From NCBI GenBank assembly GCA_973895155.1, contig OZ316892.1, positions 17,474,357 to 17,538,356 on the forward strand: a stretch of DNA of 64,000 nucleotides, given 5' to 3'. Under the pieces are notes generated by a model. It did no database searches. It had not been told where the DNA came from and saw only the letters and a program-made list of their open reading frames with translations. The position numbers were made by a program, and so were the translations under genes. Shown one piece after another: positions 26,713 through 39,926 of the stretch. Position 1 is the stretch's first letter. Every line of letters begins with the position of its first letter. Source of the DNA: Marsupella aquatica (Eukaryota; Plantae; Marchantiophyta).

Positions 26713-29610
26713 AATAACATTCCTTATATATTTTCCTAGATAAAGTAAGATTCCAATAACATTCCTTACATATTTTCCTAGATAAAGTTGAAAGAGAATC
26801 AAAATTTATAAATGAGGGAAAAACAAAGTACAATGAAATGAAAGAAAAAGAATTTCAAAGAGTACAAACACCTGACCAGAAAAAAGAAAAGCAAATGTAA
26901 ACCTAAAAAATGATGAATAAAAGAAAAAAGTGTCAAACACTACATGAGTGCAAAATCAATGACTAATATCTACATTGGAATATGTGACACGAGCTAATGG
27001 GTCACATCCAATGTCCTAACCAAATCAACAAGTGGAACAAGATGTACTCTAGGGGGGCTAGCGTCTTTGGGGGGGGCACAATGGCGCCCACAATGAGGGA
27101 TTGACGATAAATGGCTCAAGCCTTGGCACGCTATGAGACCATTGAAATACACTGACAAAAGTGAGTGATCAAAATGAATAGTGGGGGGCTATGAGACCAT
27201 TGAAATACACTGACAAAAGGGTGTGATCAAAATGGATAGTGGGGGTCCGGAAGAACCCATCCATCCGTGAATATCATGAGCAACCTATCCAAGAAGCCCA
27301 TCAAACTGATGATGAAGATGCCCAAAGATCTCAATAGTGAAGGGAAAAAAAATATCAGATAAAGTTTTGACTGTTTGATCTTCCTAGCTTTAAGGAGAAC
27401 CATCAGATTCCGGTATCTTTGGCTAGTTGCAAAAGTGGACAATGAAGACAAAAATCATTAGCTATGTTTTGCCAAAAATGATGAATAAACTTTAGTGATG
27501 TGGAATTAGCTTGTACATACGCCTGGGGTGTTTGTGCTAGGGCTCCCTATTTTGGGCGTCATGAAAGTCAAATACAAACTTACACATTTCCAAACACTGA
27601 TAAGAGAGGCCACATGGAGATTAGATTACTATCACTCAAAGTTAAGTTCTCCTTCTAGGGGCAACATATCAACCCTATCCCATGTGAAAAAAAGGAAAAT
27701 TGCACATGCTAGGAGAAAAATCAACTTTGTTTTGTGCAGATTATCATTCAATATCAGTTTGTTATTGTTTTTGTTTGGAAAACATTACTTTTGTCATCTG
27801 GATTGTTCTAGTAATAACAAGTTGAGAGAAACAAAATTCCCATCAATCTTCTGGTAATAGGAAATGGAAACAATTCAAAAAACCCATGAGTGCATAATTA
27901 TCAGCAATGTTGAAGATAGATGCTATATAGAGCAACCCTCATGGAAAGAGAAACAATTGAATGCATAATTGCACTAACCAGTAAAATGCACACTAGTTTT
28001 CCTTTCATCGTGCATCTTACTTATAAAGCGTCAACTACAAGCTAGAGTTGAGGCCTAGGCTTCTAGAGTGAAACCTCTATACAGTAATTTTTGGGCTCAT
28101 CATGTGGATGAGAAAACTCATAACTATGATGTATGTCAAGTGATAATCATGCATGATTTTTGTCATGACTTTTATTTACATTAAAAAATGGGCTCCATGG
28201 CCCCACCATCACATATGCGCATAGAAAAGAGTATGACATGTTATGCATAATTATTAAAATGATAACATGCATGATGGTTTTTTTATCATTTCATTAACCT
28301 TCAAACATTGTGAATAAGGAATACATTTTGGTGACATTTTTATTGTCTTCCTTGCTATTCATGTTCAAAGAACAGGTAGTCGGGGCTAGTGTTTAAAAAT
28401 ATGTATGAAAGACATTTAGAAGTAGAATAGAAGAGATTGCCAATTATTTAGCTAGAATGAATAGAAATATATGTATGAAATACATTTAGAAGTAGAATAG
28501 AAGAGATGTCAATTATTTAACTAGAATGAATGGACCCCTTAAGCGTAAACTTCATAAAGTTTAGATTTATCCAATATGAAGAGATTTCCCTAGACACCCT
28601 TCAACATCATGACACAAAAAGTATGAACTTAAGGTTGCACACTCTCCCAAACCAAAGAGTTCTCAATGTTACCCTATTCTACTAAAATGCTAAACTCAAG
28701 GCTACACTAAATCTTAAAAAAAACCTTAGTTACATCTCACAAGTCAACTAAATCCTATAACCTAGGAAACCATTTCTAGAAAAAATGCAAACAAAGTAAA
28801 TAGAAGAGCATTATTTGTCAATAATCTGTTTTCTTCGCCATAACCTCAACCTAACCTCAAAAATCAAACTGGAAACCTACACTTAGCTTAACCAAAAGCC
28901 CTCTAAAACCCATCAAAGCAACATTTTCCTTGAAACACTATTACAATATAGCATGTTCAGCCTGGCATATTCAGTCTGGAACATGCTTCAGCCTTTGTCT
29001 TGTAGTATGTAAATGACTATGGCACAGTATTTGATAGGATTGAGTGGGAAAAATACAACACATGCCAAATAAAAGTATGTTACATGATGACCAGGAAAGT
29101 TACAAGTGCACAAGTCTTGGAAACTAGTGCAGATTCTCACTTGCTTTAATGACACTCAAATCAATCAAAAGTTGTGCAAATAAGGTACAAAAGATACTCC
29201 CTTGCAAGAGTAATGACAAGGAAAACCATAAGCTTAGCAATTAGAAGTTTGAGGAGGACTTAAAGGGAGGAGTCCATACCTCAAAGTATCAATTCTCTCT
29301 CATTCACTAGAATTGGCAGAAATTCCATAAAATCTGTTAAAGGGGGTGAATGCACTATATTGAAAACTAAATGGAGTGGGAAACGAGAGCCCTAGCATAG
29401 GAAGATAAAAAAAAACTCTTAGAGAGGTGCAAGACTAATCTAAAGTCTGAATTATACAAGTACTTCACCTTGTTACGACACATTAAAGTAAAAACATTTA
29501 GAGCCTTGTTAAGACACATTACTCTAAAAACTCTTGAAAGAGGTGCAAGACTAATCTAAAGTCTAAATTATACAAGTACAGCACCTTGTTAACATACATA
29601 CATTCAAGTA
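26713..29610. repeat. AT-rich intergenic DNA with four short two-copy duplications
   Basis: TAATAACATTCCTTA..TAGATAAAGT (~26713-26788); CTATGAGACCATTGAAATACACTGACAAAAG (~27130-27245); ATATGTATGAAA.ACATTTAGAAGTAGAATAGAAGAGAT (~28399-28530); AGAGGTGCAAGACTAATCTAAAGTCT (~29420-29610). Confidence 0.8.
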
Positions 29611-31614
29611 AAAATCTATGACAAAGAAAAAACATTGAAAAGTGGATTGACCATATAGAAGTGTCAATAACTTAAGGGGCTTGCCGGCTAGGATTGATTC
29701 TAGCTCCTTCATCTTCTGTGTGTTACGGTACTGGAGGCCAAAAAGAGCCTAAGCGTCCTTGTAAACTCCTTGCAGCACCAGAAGAATCTGTGATGACCAA
29801 TCTACTTGAAACTATTACCATCAACTACTCTATGTGTAACCTTAGTGGGGCAATTCCTTCCTGTCACCACAACATGCACTCGCCATGGTGTGTTGAGCAT
29901 CACTCCAACATCACCATGAGAGAAATTCAGAGCACACTCTAGAGTGTCTAATTGCAAACCCGAATCACTCCTGTAAAGTCAAGCGTTCACACAAAGCTAA
30001 CATGACGCATACACAAGCAACTTGTGTGAGAGTATCCAACAACAAGAAATTGATTTACCATATATAATTCTCCATATTACAAGCAATTTCACACAGGAAA
30101 TTTATTGTCACAAAGTTAACTTAGAGCCTTCAAAATAGGCCACACAAGAATCCATCGCAAACTGGTCCAAGCGAAGCATCTCGATTGATTCAGAAGTGCA
30201 TTAATCTCTAGGCATTCATTCCTTGGACACCAAATATGAAACATAATGTGTATACACAACACCATTTAAGAACTACATAGTTAAACATGTGGGGAAGGAA
30301 TAACAATGGAATTGGTGACCTGTCGCTTGTAGTTATGCACCAGAACGGCCACTCCAAATTCAACCGCTTGCAAACTACTCCTCACATACGAGCAAGTTGA
30401 CCCGCCCACTCCTGCTCTGCGACCTCGAGTGAGCCCTTCACGCCAGCAACGCTTTGCTACGCTGAGACTGAATTTGGATTTGCCAACATTCACCTCGGTT
30501 TCCCTCATGGAAATGCAGCAAAAGTCCTCCACAATATCGATGTGCAAATTGGCAACTTCCGTGATTGTTTCCTTCACAGAAACAACAGACGTCGGTGTAG
30601 GAATGCAGTCGTGCACGCCCCTGTAGAGTTCCACAAATCAATTTGGCCCTTCACAAAATAGCATGGTATCAAATCTGGGAACATTTGTACTTTGAAGGAA
30701 CAATTTCCTTCACGAAAAACAGTAGACATCGATCAGACCTTCATGAACATTCCAACATTTTTTTCTTGATGTGAGTTTATTTCACATGATATCATCTCCA
30801 ACGGTTTTCAGGTTGGATATCTCTATGGGTAAATTTACACTCATGGCTTGGGGGATAGGGCAACAACTAACCGCAATCCAGGTTTGGAGACCCCACCAGT
30901 CCCCCCTTTTTCTTATCTCTATAAGTTAATCCAGGCTTGACTTAGACCTTGGGGGCATGCTAACCCGTGCAGTGAAGGTCACATTCAGGAAGGGTTGCCA
31001 CATTGTGCTCAAAATGTTGGAACCATAGAAAAACATCACACAGATTTCATACATCCCTACCAATCAGGTTGTAGTGCCAAGTCTGGTTACAATTTGTGTC
31101 TTTTGTCCATCTATGCACATGCCTGTTCAGTGTTGCAGTATGAGGGTTGGCATAGTGGGTGAAGTGGCCGGCTGCCACGTAGTAGAAAAAGTGCCGGCAA
31201 ACGCAAATGGATTGGGTGTTTTTAAAAAATGGAGATACAGGCAAATGTTGGGATGAGGCATTTCATCTCCTTGCCAATATCCCCTTCTGTAGTTTACTCT
31301 TTGTATTACTATGGATGGTTATGAGCCATAACCCTCTTCCATGCCTAGCCTGGGTGGCCTGAGGGTTTAGAGATGGCCATAACCCCTTGGGGCCACTCAT
31401 GGGTTACACAAATATCCTCTCAAAGGGTTGGGGGCAAAATACACCCAATCTTACTACTAATTCGCAAAGGGACCATGCTTCTAGAGTGAAGCCTCTAGAC
31501 CATAACTCTAGGGCCCCATCAAATGTTTGTCATGGAGAGCAAAATAGGATGTATGGCATGTCAAAATGACCATGCATGTTCATTGTTGTTATCAGTCTAA
31601 TATCATTCAAACTA

Positions 31615-32320
31615 GTGTCCCCTAAAAGGCCTAAAAGGGCTGGGGGCAAAATACACCTCACACCAATATTTCCTAAAAGGGTTTGGGGCAAAATAATGCC
31701 ACTGGTGGAGACTCTCTAAACCCAGACTCCCCTACAGACAGTAGTATTTAAAAAACAGGAGAAGTGAAAACCTCTTGTGCTGAGTTTTGTGAGTGCGCAC
31801 ACCCCTCCAAGCCTCAAACATTTTCCAGTCACAAGGTTACAACTTAGTGGCCCTATGCCTAGATGACATTATCTATACATACCCCTTGGGAGCCATGGGT
31901 TACACAAATATCCCCTAAAAGGATTTGAGGACTGAATACACCCTACACCAATGTCCCCCTTAAAGGTCTAAAAGGGTTGCAGGCAAAATATACCCCACAC
32001 CAATATTCCCTAAAAAGGTTGGGGGCGATATACACCCCACATCAATGTCACCTAAAAGGCCTAAAAAAAGGGTTGGGGGCGATATACACCCTACTTGAAT
32101 GTCACCTCATAGGCCCAAAAGGCCTAAGAGGGTTGGGGGCGAAATTTGCCCCCACACCAATATCCCTCAAAAGGCCCTAAAAGGGTTCGGGGCGAAAACT
32201 GGAGACGCTCTAAACCCAAACTCCGCTACAGACAGTAGTATTTCAAAAACAAAAACAAGAGAAGTGAAAACCTGTGTGCTGAGTTGTGTGTGCGCCCGCA
32301 CGCCCCTCCACCGCCAAACC
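31615..32320. repeat. Duplicated block and ~50-bp subrepeats directly upstream of the IRX10-like gene
   Basis: GGAGAC.CTCTAAACCCA.ACTCC.CTACAGACAGTAGTATTT..AAAACA..GAAGTGAAAACCT..TGTGCTGAGTT at ~31707 and ~32200, plus several CCTAAAAGG..GGTTGGGGGC.AAATACACCC.ACACCAAT units. Confidence 0.85.
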
Positions 32321-32739
32321 TCGAAGCCCCGCACCATGGAGGGTTGTACCGATCGATCATCGATGGTACTTGCGATCGCCTTGGCGTGCTTTGCTCCGCC
32401 CGCGCTCTGCAGCAGCTGGAGGTCGGAGGAGAGATCGAGGAGCAGTCCGTTTCGGTTCTTTGGTCTGGGAGGACGAACTCGGGCAGCAGAGACATGCGCG
32501 TTTAGATTGGTGAAAAGAACGGAAAGAAATTGGATCTCTGCAGACTGATGTCGGTGTTGACGAGAAGAGAAGAGAAGAGAAGAGAAGAGAAGAGAAGAGA
32601 AGAGAATGTGTGATGGGGAGCAGAAGGAAGAGGAGTGGAGATGGTCGGCTGAGTGGCGGTGAAAGACGTACTAGAGGAGAATGAGGTGGTGGAGATGATC
32701 GTGAGACTGGCAACGATGCCAGCCCTGGGGAGGCGGTCG

Positions 32740-35230
32740 ATGGTTGCGCGCAGACAGGAAATTGGCTTGTGTTGGGTTGTTAGCAGCCTGCTGACTTATC
32801 TTCTTGTGAATTCCTTGGTTGTCCTGGGCGAAGAGCAGCATCAGCGCATTTCTGGTAGGTTTTATGCCCAGAGCGCCTTGAAAGCAAGTGAAGTGTGGTG
32901 TGTACTAGCTATCTGTCCGTAGTTTGTTCGCCGGCCAGTGTCCTAGATACGGAGTTCGGGCTAATTCCGGAATTGAGCTAATTCTGCAATTTAGAGTGGG
33001 ACTTGCTTGGTCGCCTCCTACGTGATCTAAGAGCACTGGATGATTTTATGCTTTTTTGGTTCTCCTCTTGTGATGACCCTGTATCGTTCTTGTTCTTGTG
33101 GAGTTCTTGAGCAATGTGATTCGCTTTGTTGGTCAAGGGATATGTAGTAACCAATCTGACTGCAAGCCCTCGCGGCTATGCTTCGACTGTTTATCATGAC
33201 CGGTTGACGTAGGATATCGCTAATTAACAGGATTTACCCCATCCTTATTAAGTTCGAGTTCCACGTCCCCAGAAAATTAAATTTCTCCTCGTTAAATTCG
33301 TTTAAGGTGATCGGGAGTACTGCACTTTACACCTGGAGTCACTCCTGGAGTCATTCACAGAGCTGGCCTCAACTTCTTGCACATTTTGGCCCCTGCACTC
33401 GACATACCGTTGTATATTATAAACATGAAAAAGCTATCAGGAGAGACCTGAGCGTTCGATGGGCAAGGGGTCCATGCCTTGGAATGTTGTTCTAACATAC
33501 AGCTAATATTTTCCTGAGTTTGAGATGGCCTTGTTGTGAATGATTTGTGGCTTCCTGCCTTCTGATGCAATGACGGCATCCCGATTGGTCACCAGTTTGT
33601 GCAGATGATGCTCAGACGGTTTTTTTTAAGAATTTAGATCGGACTTGACGATTGAACATGCCGCTGCAGGTAGTGCAGGTGATGTACTTGAAGATGATCC
33701 CGTAGGAAGGCTGAAGGTGTTTGTCTATGATCTACCGTTCAAATACAACAAGAAAGTGCTGGAGAAGGACTCCAGATGCCTCAGTCACATGTTTGCCACG
33801 GAAATCTTCATGCACGACTTTTTACTCACAAGCCCTGTGCGGACCTTGAATCCTGATGAGGCTGATTGGTTTTTCACTCCTGTCTACACCACTTGCGACT
33901 TGACACCCAACGGCTTGCCTCTGCCATTCAAGTCTCCGCGTATGATGCGTAGTGCTATAAAGTATATTTCTACGACGCTGCCATATTGGAATCGCACCGA
34001 CGGAGCGGACCACTTCTTCGTTGTTCCTCATGACTTTGCGGCTTGCTTTCACTATCAGGTAACATTTCGTGAGGCTATTAGCCATAGTGGCGTCTTTCAG
34101 CAATATCTTCTGCAAGAAATGGACTTCAAGTGCACGTGCGATTGAGGTCTCACTTCTGTAAGCCGAATTCAGTGGCGAAAAGGTTGAGACGCATATTTTG
34201 TTGTTCCACCTGTCGCTCAGTTTAGCCTGTTGCTCTGTAGGAAGAGAAGGCAATCGAGAGGGGAATTTTGCACTTGTTGTCACGGGCTACTTTGGTCCAG
34301 ACTTTTGGGCAAAGGTATCACGTATGCCTGAAAGAGGGCTCTATAGTCGTGCCACCATATGCCCCTCCATCACAAATGCAGTCACGGTTTATCCCGCCTA
34401 CCATTCCTCGCTCTGTTTTTGTGTATTTTCGGGGCCTCTTTTACGACAAGGGCAATGATCCAGAAGGTGGTTATTATGCGCGGTACGTGGCTGCAACTTG
34501 TCACCTTCTATGCGAAGTTGTAAATCTGCACATTGTTTTTCGAGAATCTGTTGGATTGTGATGACGACAATCTATTTTCTTTCATTGTGTCTGATGTTAC
34601 TTTTCATGAGAGAAAATTTTCTAAATTCTGGAATTGACATGTGTCCTCAAGATCGGATCTCATCTCATATATCTGTCGTCTCGCTCTTTGATGCACAGAG
34701 GCGCAAGGGCTGCAGTTTGGGAAAACTTTAAGGACAACCCCATGTTCGATATTTCAACAGAGCATCCTGTCACTTACTACGAGGACATGCAACGCTCCGT
34801 TTACTGTCTGTGTCCTTTGGGCTGGGCACCGTGGAGTCCTCGCCTGGTGGAGGGAGTGATATTTGGTTGCATTCCAGTGATCATCGCAGATGACATCGTG
34901 TTGCCGTTTGCCGATGCCATCCCGTGGGAGAAAATTGGGATTTTTGTCGACGAGAAGGATGTACCTTCGTTGGACAAAATATTATCATCTATATCCCCTG
35001 ATGAAATTTTGGAGAAGCAGAGGCTTCTAGCAAATCCGGCAATGAAGCAAGCAATGCTTTTCCCTCAGCCTGCACAGCCGGGAGATGCTTTTCATCAAAT
35101 TTTGAATGGACTAGCTCGCAAGCTGCCCCATGGAAAGGACGTGTTCTTGGAACCTGCTCAGCAAATTTTGAATTGGAGCACTGGGCCTCCTGGCGACCTC
35201 AAGCAATGGATAGGAGATATAAAACGATGA
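32740..35230 (+). CDS. IRX10: GT47 beta-1,4-xylosyltransferase (xylan synthase) IRX10/IRX10-L/GUT-like, 4 coding exons, ~425 aa
   Basis: Exons 32740-32854 (MVARRQ..signal anchor..QRISG), 33670-34058 (SAGDVLEDDPVGRLKVFVY...DHFFVVPHDFAACFHYQ), 34241-34482 (EEKAIERGI...DPEGGYYAR), 34699-35230 (GARAAVWENFKDNP...CLCPLGWAPWSPRLVE...). In-frame upstream ATGs exist, so the start is slightly uncertain. Confidence 0.96.
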
Positions 35231-36591
35231 CTGGACATACTGTTTTCATACCTGGCAGCAGTGCTGTTGCAATTTACTCCACACATGAGTTCACTCCTTG
35301 TGCCGGGCAAAGTATCGATTGCGCACCGAGCTACAGTGCGGATTCTGATAGTGCTATTGGGCTTTCGTCCCGTGGAAGAGGAAGTAGATATAGTATCACA
35401 CTTGGACTGTCTGTCATTACCGTTCTAGTGGTTGGTTTTGTGGACTTTTGGGGGCCCAACTACCACTGACAGTCTTAGGATTCGGAAAAAAGGGTGTAGG
35501 ACAGTTTCACTAACCCGTCCAGGGCGACCTTCTGCCAACTTGTGGTTTTTTTAGATGACCCTTTCTTAGTCGTCATCACAGTATTGGGGCACCAAGTGCT
35601 ACTTCACTCCAGGCTTGATGGTCATGTGTTTGAGAATGGTTCACGACAACCATACTTCTCTGAAGGACTTCTGTATGTGTACAAGGAGTCAGGACAATCA
35701 TTCGCAGACTCCCTCATGCCTACAGGAGGAGGGGCCTCGGTCTACGTACTGAATGTAGCTCTGTACTCTGTTCTTCATCTGCTCAGAGTATGAAACGGTC
35801 GGGAGAGGTATGAGTATCCTAAGAGTCGATTTGTTTGCGCGAGCGTTTCAGGATACTCTGACTCTCAACTGCTCCCAGGATTTTGCCATGTCCATCAGTG
35901 AATTTTGAGCTTGACCCCACTACTGAGTCCTTTCCACACAAGTGCAGTGCCCAGAATGTCTCGACACTTCTGTGATGAAACTCTTGATTGAATTCTCAAG
36001 GTGCAACAGTTCGAAGCTTGCTATGGTATTTGCATCGAGGAGTTGCCCCATGTCTTTCTTCACTCAATCTCCGAGTAATGCATAAGATTTTGGTGGAGAA
36101 TTTTCTCATTTTGTCAAGGTATTCTGATGTCTCAATGATTTTGGCTTCTACAGTGGGGACGTCATCCTTTTAGACCTAGAAGGCAAACCCTCCCAAGAGT
36201 ATATCTGCAATTCCAATGCAAGGACAAATGTCTACTAGACTATTCCCCGAGACTCGCCCAAACTCGGAATTGGTCTCCAGCTGAGTTTAATCACGAACTA
36301 CTATGGCATGAAATTTCTCATGATTTTAGGCGACTTTAATCCAAATGAGTGTGTAGGGAAAAGTGTGGAATGAAAAATGTAAGGTTGTTGCACTACTAAA
36401 CCTTTCGTGAGTCACATCATTTAAAGTACTTTTTTGGGTCCCTCGTAAAACACGTTGTAGACAATTTAAAATTGATTATGGTAACCAGGATCCACCATGA
36501 GGTCACGAGCGAAAATGGGGCATTAATAGACTTCGCCTGAGTAGTGAAAATGGGCTTTAAGAGACTTTGCAGATAGACTTTTGTTCTGGCA

Positions 36592-36980
36592 AAAATTGTG
36601 TACAAAAGCCTCCCTTGTAAGGCAATCATTCTTAAACAATCCACCTTCCCTAAACCATCCCGAGGTAGCAAAGTCCAGACTTAAATGCACAAGGAGGATT
36701 GTTTAAGAATGCATGCCTTACAAGGGAGGATTTGACAAATATTACTGCACAAAAGCCTCCATTGCAAGTGTAAGGCATGCATTCTGAAACCACCCTCCCT
36801 CAACCATCCCGAGGTAACAAAGTCCAGTCGAACTTAAATGCACAAGGAGGATACTTGTTTTCCGGAGATTTGACAAAATTAGTGCACAAAGCCTCCATTG
36901 TAAGGCACTCGCTCTTAAATAATCCACCTTCCCTAAACCATCCCAAGGTAACAAAGTCTAGACTTAAATGCTTGAGGAGG
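36592..36980. repeat. Tandem array of ~3 degenerate ~140-bp units
   Basis: CAAAAGCCTCC.TTG.AAGGCA...CCACC.TCCCT.AACCATCCC.AGGTA.CAAAGTC.AGACTTAAATGC recurs at about 36603, 36750 and 36887. Confidence 0.85.
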
Positions 36981-37699
36981 ACAAGGAGCTCATGTCCACA
37001 ATAGATCTGGCAGCGTACTACCAAGTAACTGTGAGATCAAAAGTAAACTCTCAACTTGAAAAAGGACCAATCTAGTAACAATGGCCAAACAAAGTACAGA
37101 GAAGACAAACGTGGAAATGAAAGGAAAGGGCAACTGCAAACTCAATACACCTTGAAAACAAGAAAAATTGAGAAATAAAGATCTCCCACTGAATATCATG
37201 ACTCACATCTACTTTCATAACTAAATTGGCAAGTAGGACATTGCTGTCCCTCTATGTGGGCAAGCCTTTGCTGAGACCTCTGGGCCCTTAACTTGAGTCA
37301 TTTGGAGAGAGCATGCAAACATTGGAAGGGTGTTTAAAGTCCAGTTAGAAAATTATAATCATTGCCAGTAAAGAAGAAAATTTGTAGGAAGCTAAACTAC
37401 TTTCAGTACTAGAAGTGAGTCAAATTGAATTCTACAACAACTCTTCATAAATAGGCAATTCCCCAGTCTCATCATTCTCCTACAGTTTTCTGTAAACAAT
37501 CATTTAGACAAGGGCCAAACAAAATGTGAGAAATTTCCTGCCATATTAGTTTGTGATTAATCTCAGCTGAAGATCAATTCTAAATTGTTACGGGCCTTCA
37601 GAGAACCAGAAAATATTCTAATAGACATTTGCCTTTGGAATTGCAGATAGAATCTTGGGGTTGTTAGCCTTAACAGGACATCCTTTGAAGGTCCACTGT

Positions 37700-38080
37700 G
37701 AGGGAGTCATATTCTATTTTGACATTGTTCTGAACAAATACAAAGTAGCTGTTCAGACCAAATTGCTTCTGTTGAAGTCATGTACTCAAAGGCTTTAACA
37801 AGAGCAATTTGAGGTTAAACCCTAAATCCTAAATGTTTAGGGTCTTGATACTGCTGAGAAGAATGTGACAATGAAAGCTCTACTACATGGACTAAGATAA
37901 CAAAATATCATAAAAAATAATTAGATTGACATTCAACCTCACTTCATTCAGGAAGAGATTGAAGGGGAACAAATTACAGTTGCTTGGTGTCCTAGTGATG
38001 TGAATGTAGCTAACGTTCCAACCAAAAGATTAAAGGATGAATACAAATTTTTAATGAGAAAGTTATATTTGAAATCTGCT
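37700..38080 (+). mobile_element. Decayed Ty1/copia retrotransposon RNase H fragment
   Basis: Translating across stops and frameshifts gives ECDNESS...IDIQPHFIQEEIEGEQITVAWCPSDVNVANVPTKRL, matching the copia RNase H consensus CDNxSA...HIDIRYHFIRE...YCPTxDxxADILTK. Confidence 0.75.
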
Positions 38081-38089
38081 TGAGCAAAG

Positions 38090-38725
38090 CCAATTGAAAT
38101 AGAGGTAGCTTGTTTAGTAGGAGTGACTACAATAATTTCTACATTTGAGTAAGAGGACTTTTGCTACCAGATTTGATAAGAGTGACTATAATTGAAATAA
38201 GGGGAACTTGGTTGCCAGTCAGACTTGGGAGGAGTAACTTCTATAATTGATATAAGATGAACTTTATTACCACTCAGATTTGGTAGGAATGACTGTAATT
38301 GAAATAACAGGAATTTTATTATCAGTGAGACCTGGTAAAATTAACTTCTATACTTGAACTACTAGGAACTTTGTTACCAGTCAGATTTGGTAAGAATGAT
38401 TTCTATAATTGAAATAAGATGAAGTTTGTTAGCAGTCAGATTCGATAAGACCAACTTCTGTAATTTTACCGAATCTATCAAAATTCTTTTCAGTAAAATT
38501 ATATTTCTATTTTTGAACTAAGAGTAACTTTGTCACCTGTCAGATGAGCTTGTTTGGATTGGAAGGAGTACTTCTATATTTAGACACGAGAATCATTGTT
38601 GCGCTCAAAGAAACTTTGTTACAAGCTCATTTCGTAGGAGTGACTTCTACATTTGAACTAAGAGAAACTTTGTTACAAGCTGGTTTGGTAGGGGTTTTTC
38701 TATGTTTCAAGTTAGAGAAACTTTG
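38090..38725. repeat. Degenerate ~50-55 bp tandem repeats after the copia relic
   Basis: Recurring ATTGAAATAAG.GGAACTTTGTTACCAGTCAGATTTGGTAGGAGTGACTTCTA-like units. Confidence 0.75.
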
Positions 38726-39926
38726 ATGATGACAGGGTTACTTTTGGGGATCAAGGTGAATCATTTCTCTTTCACTTGACATGCCTGATTTCTCGTCCAG
38801 TTAAGGACACCCTGATGCGATCATCACATTCTTTGTCACATTTTGATGAGTCAATTCAATCATGTTGAAAGGTCTCTTTGCATGCAGAAAGTCTTGAGAG
38901 GGGCCACTGTGTGATTCATTCTTTGCATGCCAAGTAGAGTTCAGTTCCAGCAGACACAGTACTTGTGTATTTCTTGGTGTGGACTCACCGACTGCTAGCC
39001 TTGACAAGTCTCTGAAGTACAAAGATTCTAGAAATTAGAATCAGAGTGCAGATGTAGGACTCTAAGCTGGAGAGCTTTGGTTGATAGTTAAAACAGCTCA
39101 GTGCTTGAGAAGTAAAATCAAGTAACGAAAATCCACTCAAGTTAAATTTACTCTCCAAGATATGGACACTGAAACAAGATAAATGCAAAACCTCACAAGT
39201 AGCCAGTGCCTTATTCCTACGTCTATCTGTGACTCATTCCATCCAAGAACAACACAAGATTCCTCCAAGCTGATCACATCTTCTGCACAAATAAAAATCT
39301 TACAAGATCAGTTAATCTGTAATCTGGATGAATCCAGAATCGAGTTGTATGAGAACTACTCTGTCCTGGCATTCCAGTGAAAGTCACAGAGCTAAATTCT
39401 CGATATTCTCCTCCAAACGTTTTCACAGCAGATAATAACCTGGCAACCACACGTGCTAACAAATCTGGTGTTGCAAATGTTGAGCAACGGCAGCTGCAGT
39501 AACAAGAAAAGCAACGTTCCAGAGACAGACCCAAAAACAATCGGATTTCCTTGAAGCGGACAATTATTATCCATGAAAATCCAGAGCAGTGAAGAATCAA
39601 CACCGCACTTACATCCTTTCCAGTTCCATAGCGTAATGACATAGTGCACTTGCAAGGCATTCTCTGACCTGACTACTACATATCGACACAGATCACATGA
39701 CTTGAGAGATATTTGATTATCTTCAAACATCTACTTGACAGTCTTCATCACATCAATGAAAAAGGCCCCCGATTACAGCAACGATTATATTCTCCAACCC
39801 CATCAAAAAATAGCTCTCCCTCAAATAAGTTTAGGCTTATCTAATTGCCCAGTGTTAGCATATGAACATCAGAGACGTGCCACCTTCCATTCCACAAGAA
39901 ACTGCTTAAAGGTGCTTCCATTCTCT

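Noticed and set aside
37815-37843. Telomere-like AAACCCTAAATCCTAAA...TTTAGGG
   Set aside because: Only 2-3 imperfect units inside a retroelement relic.
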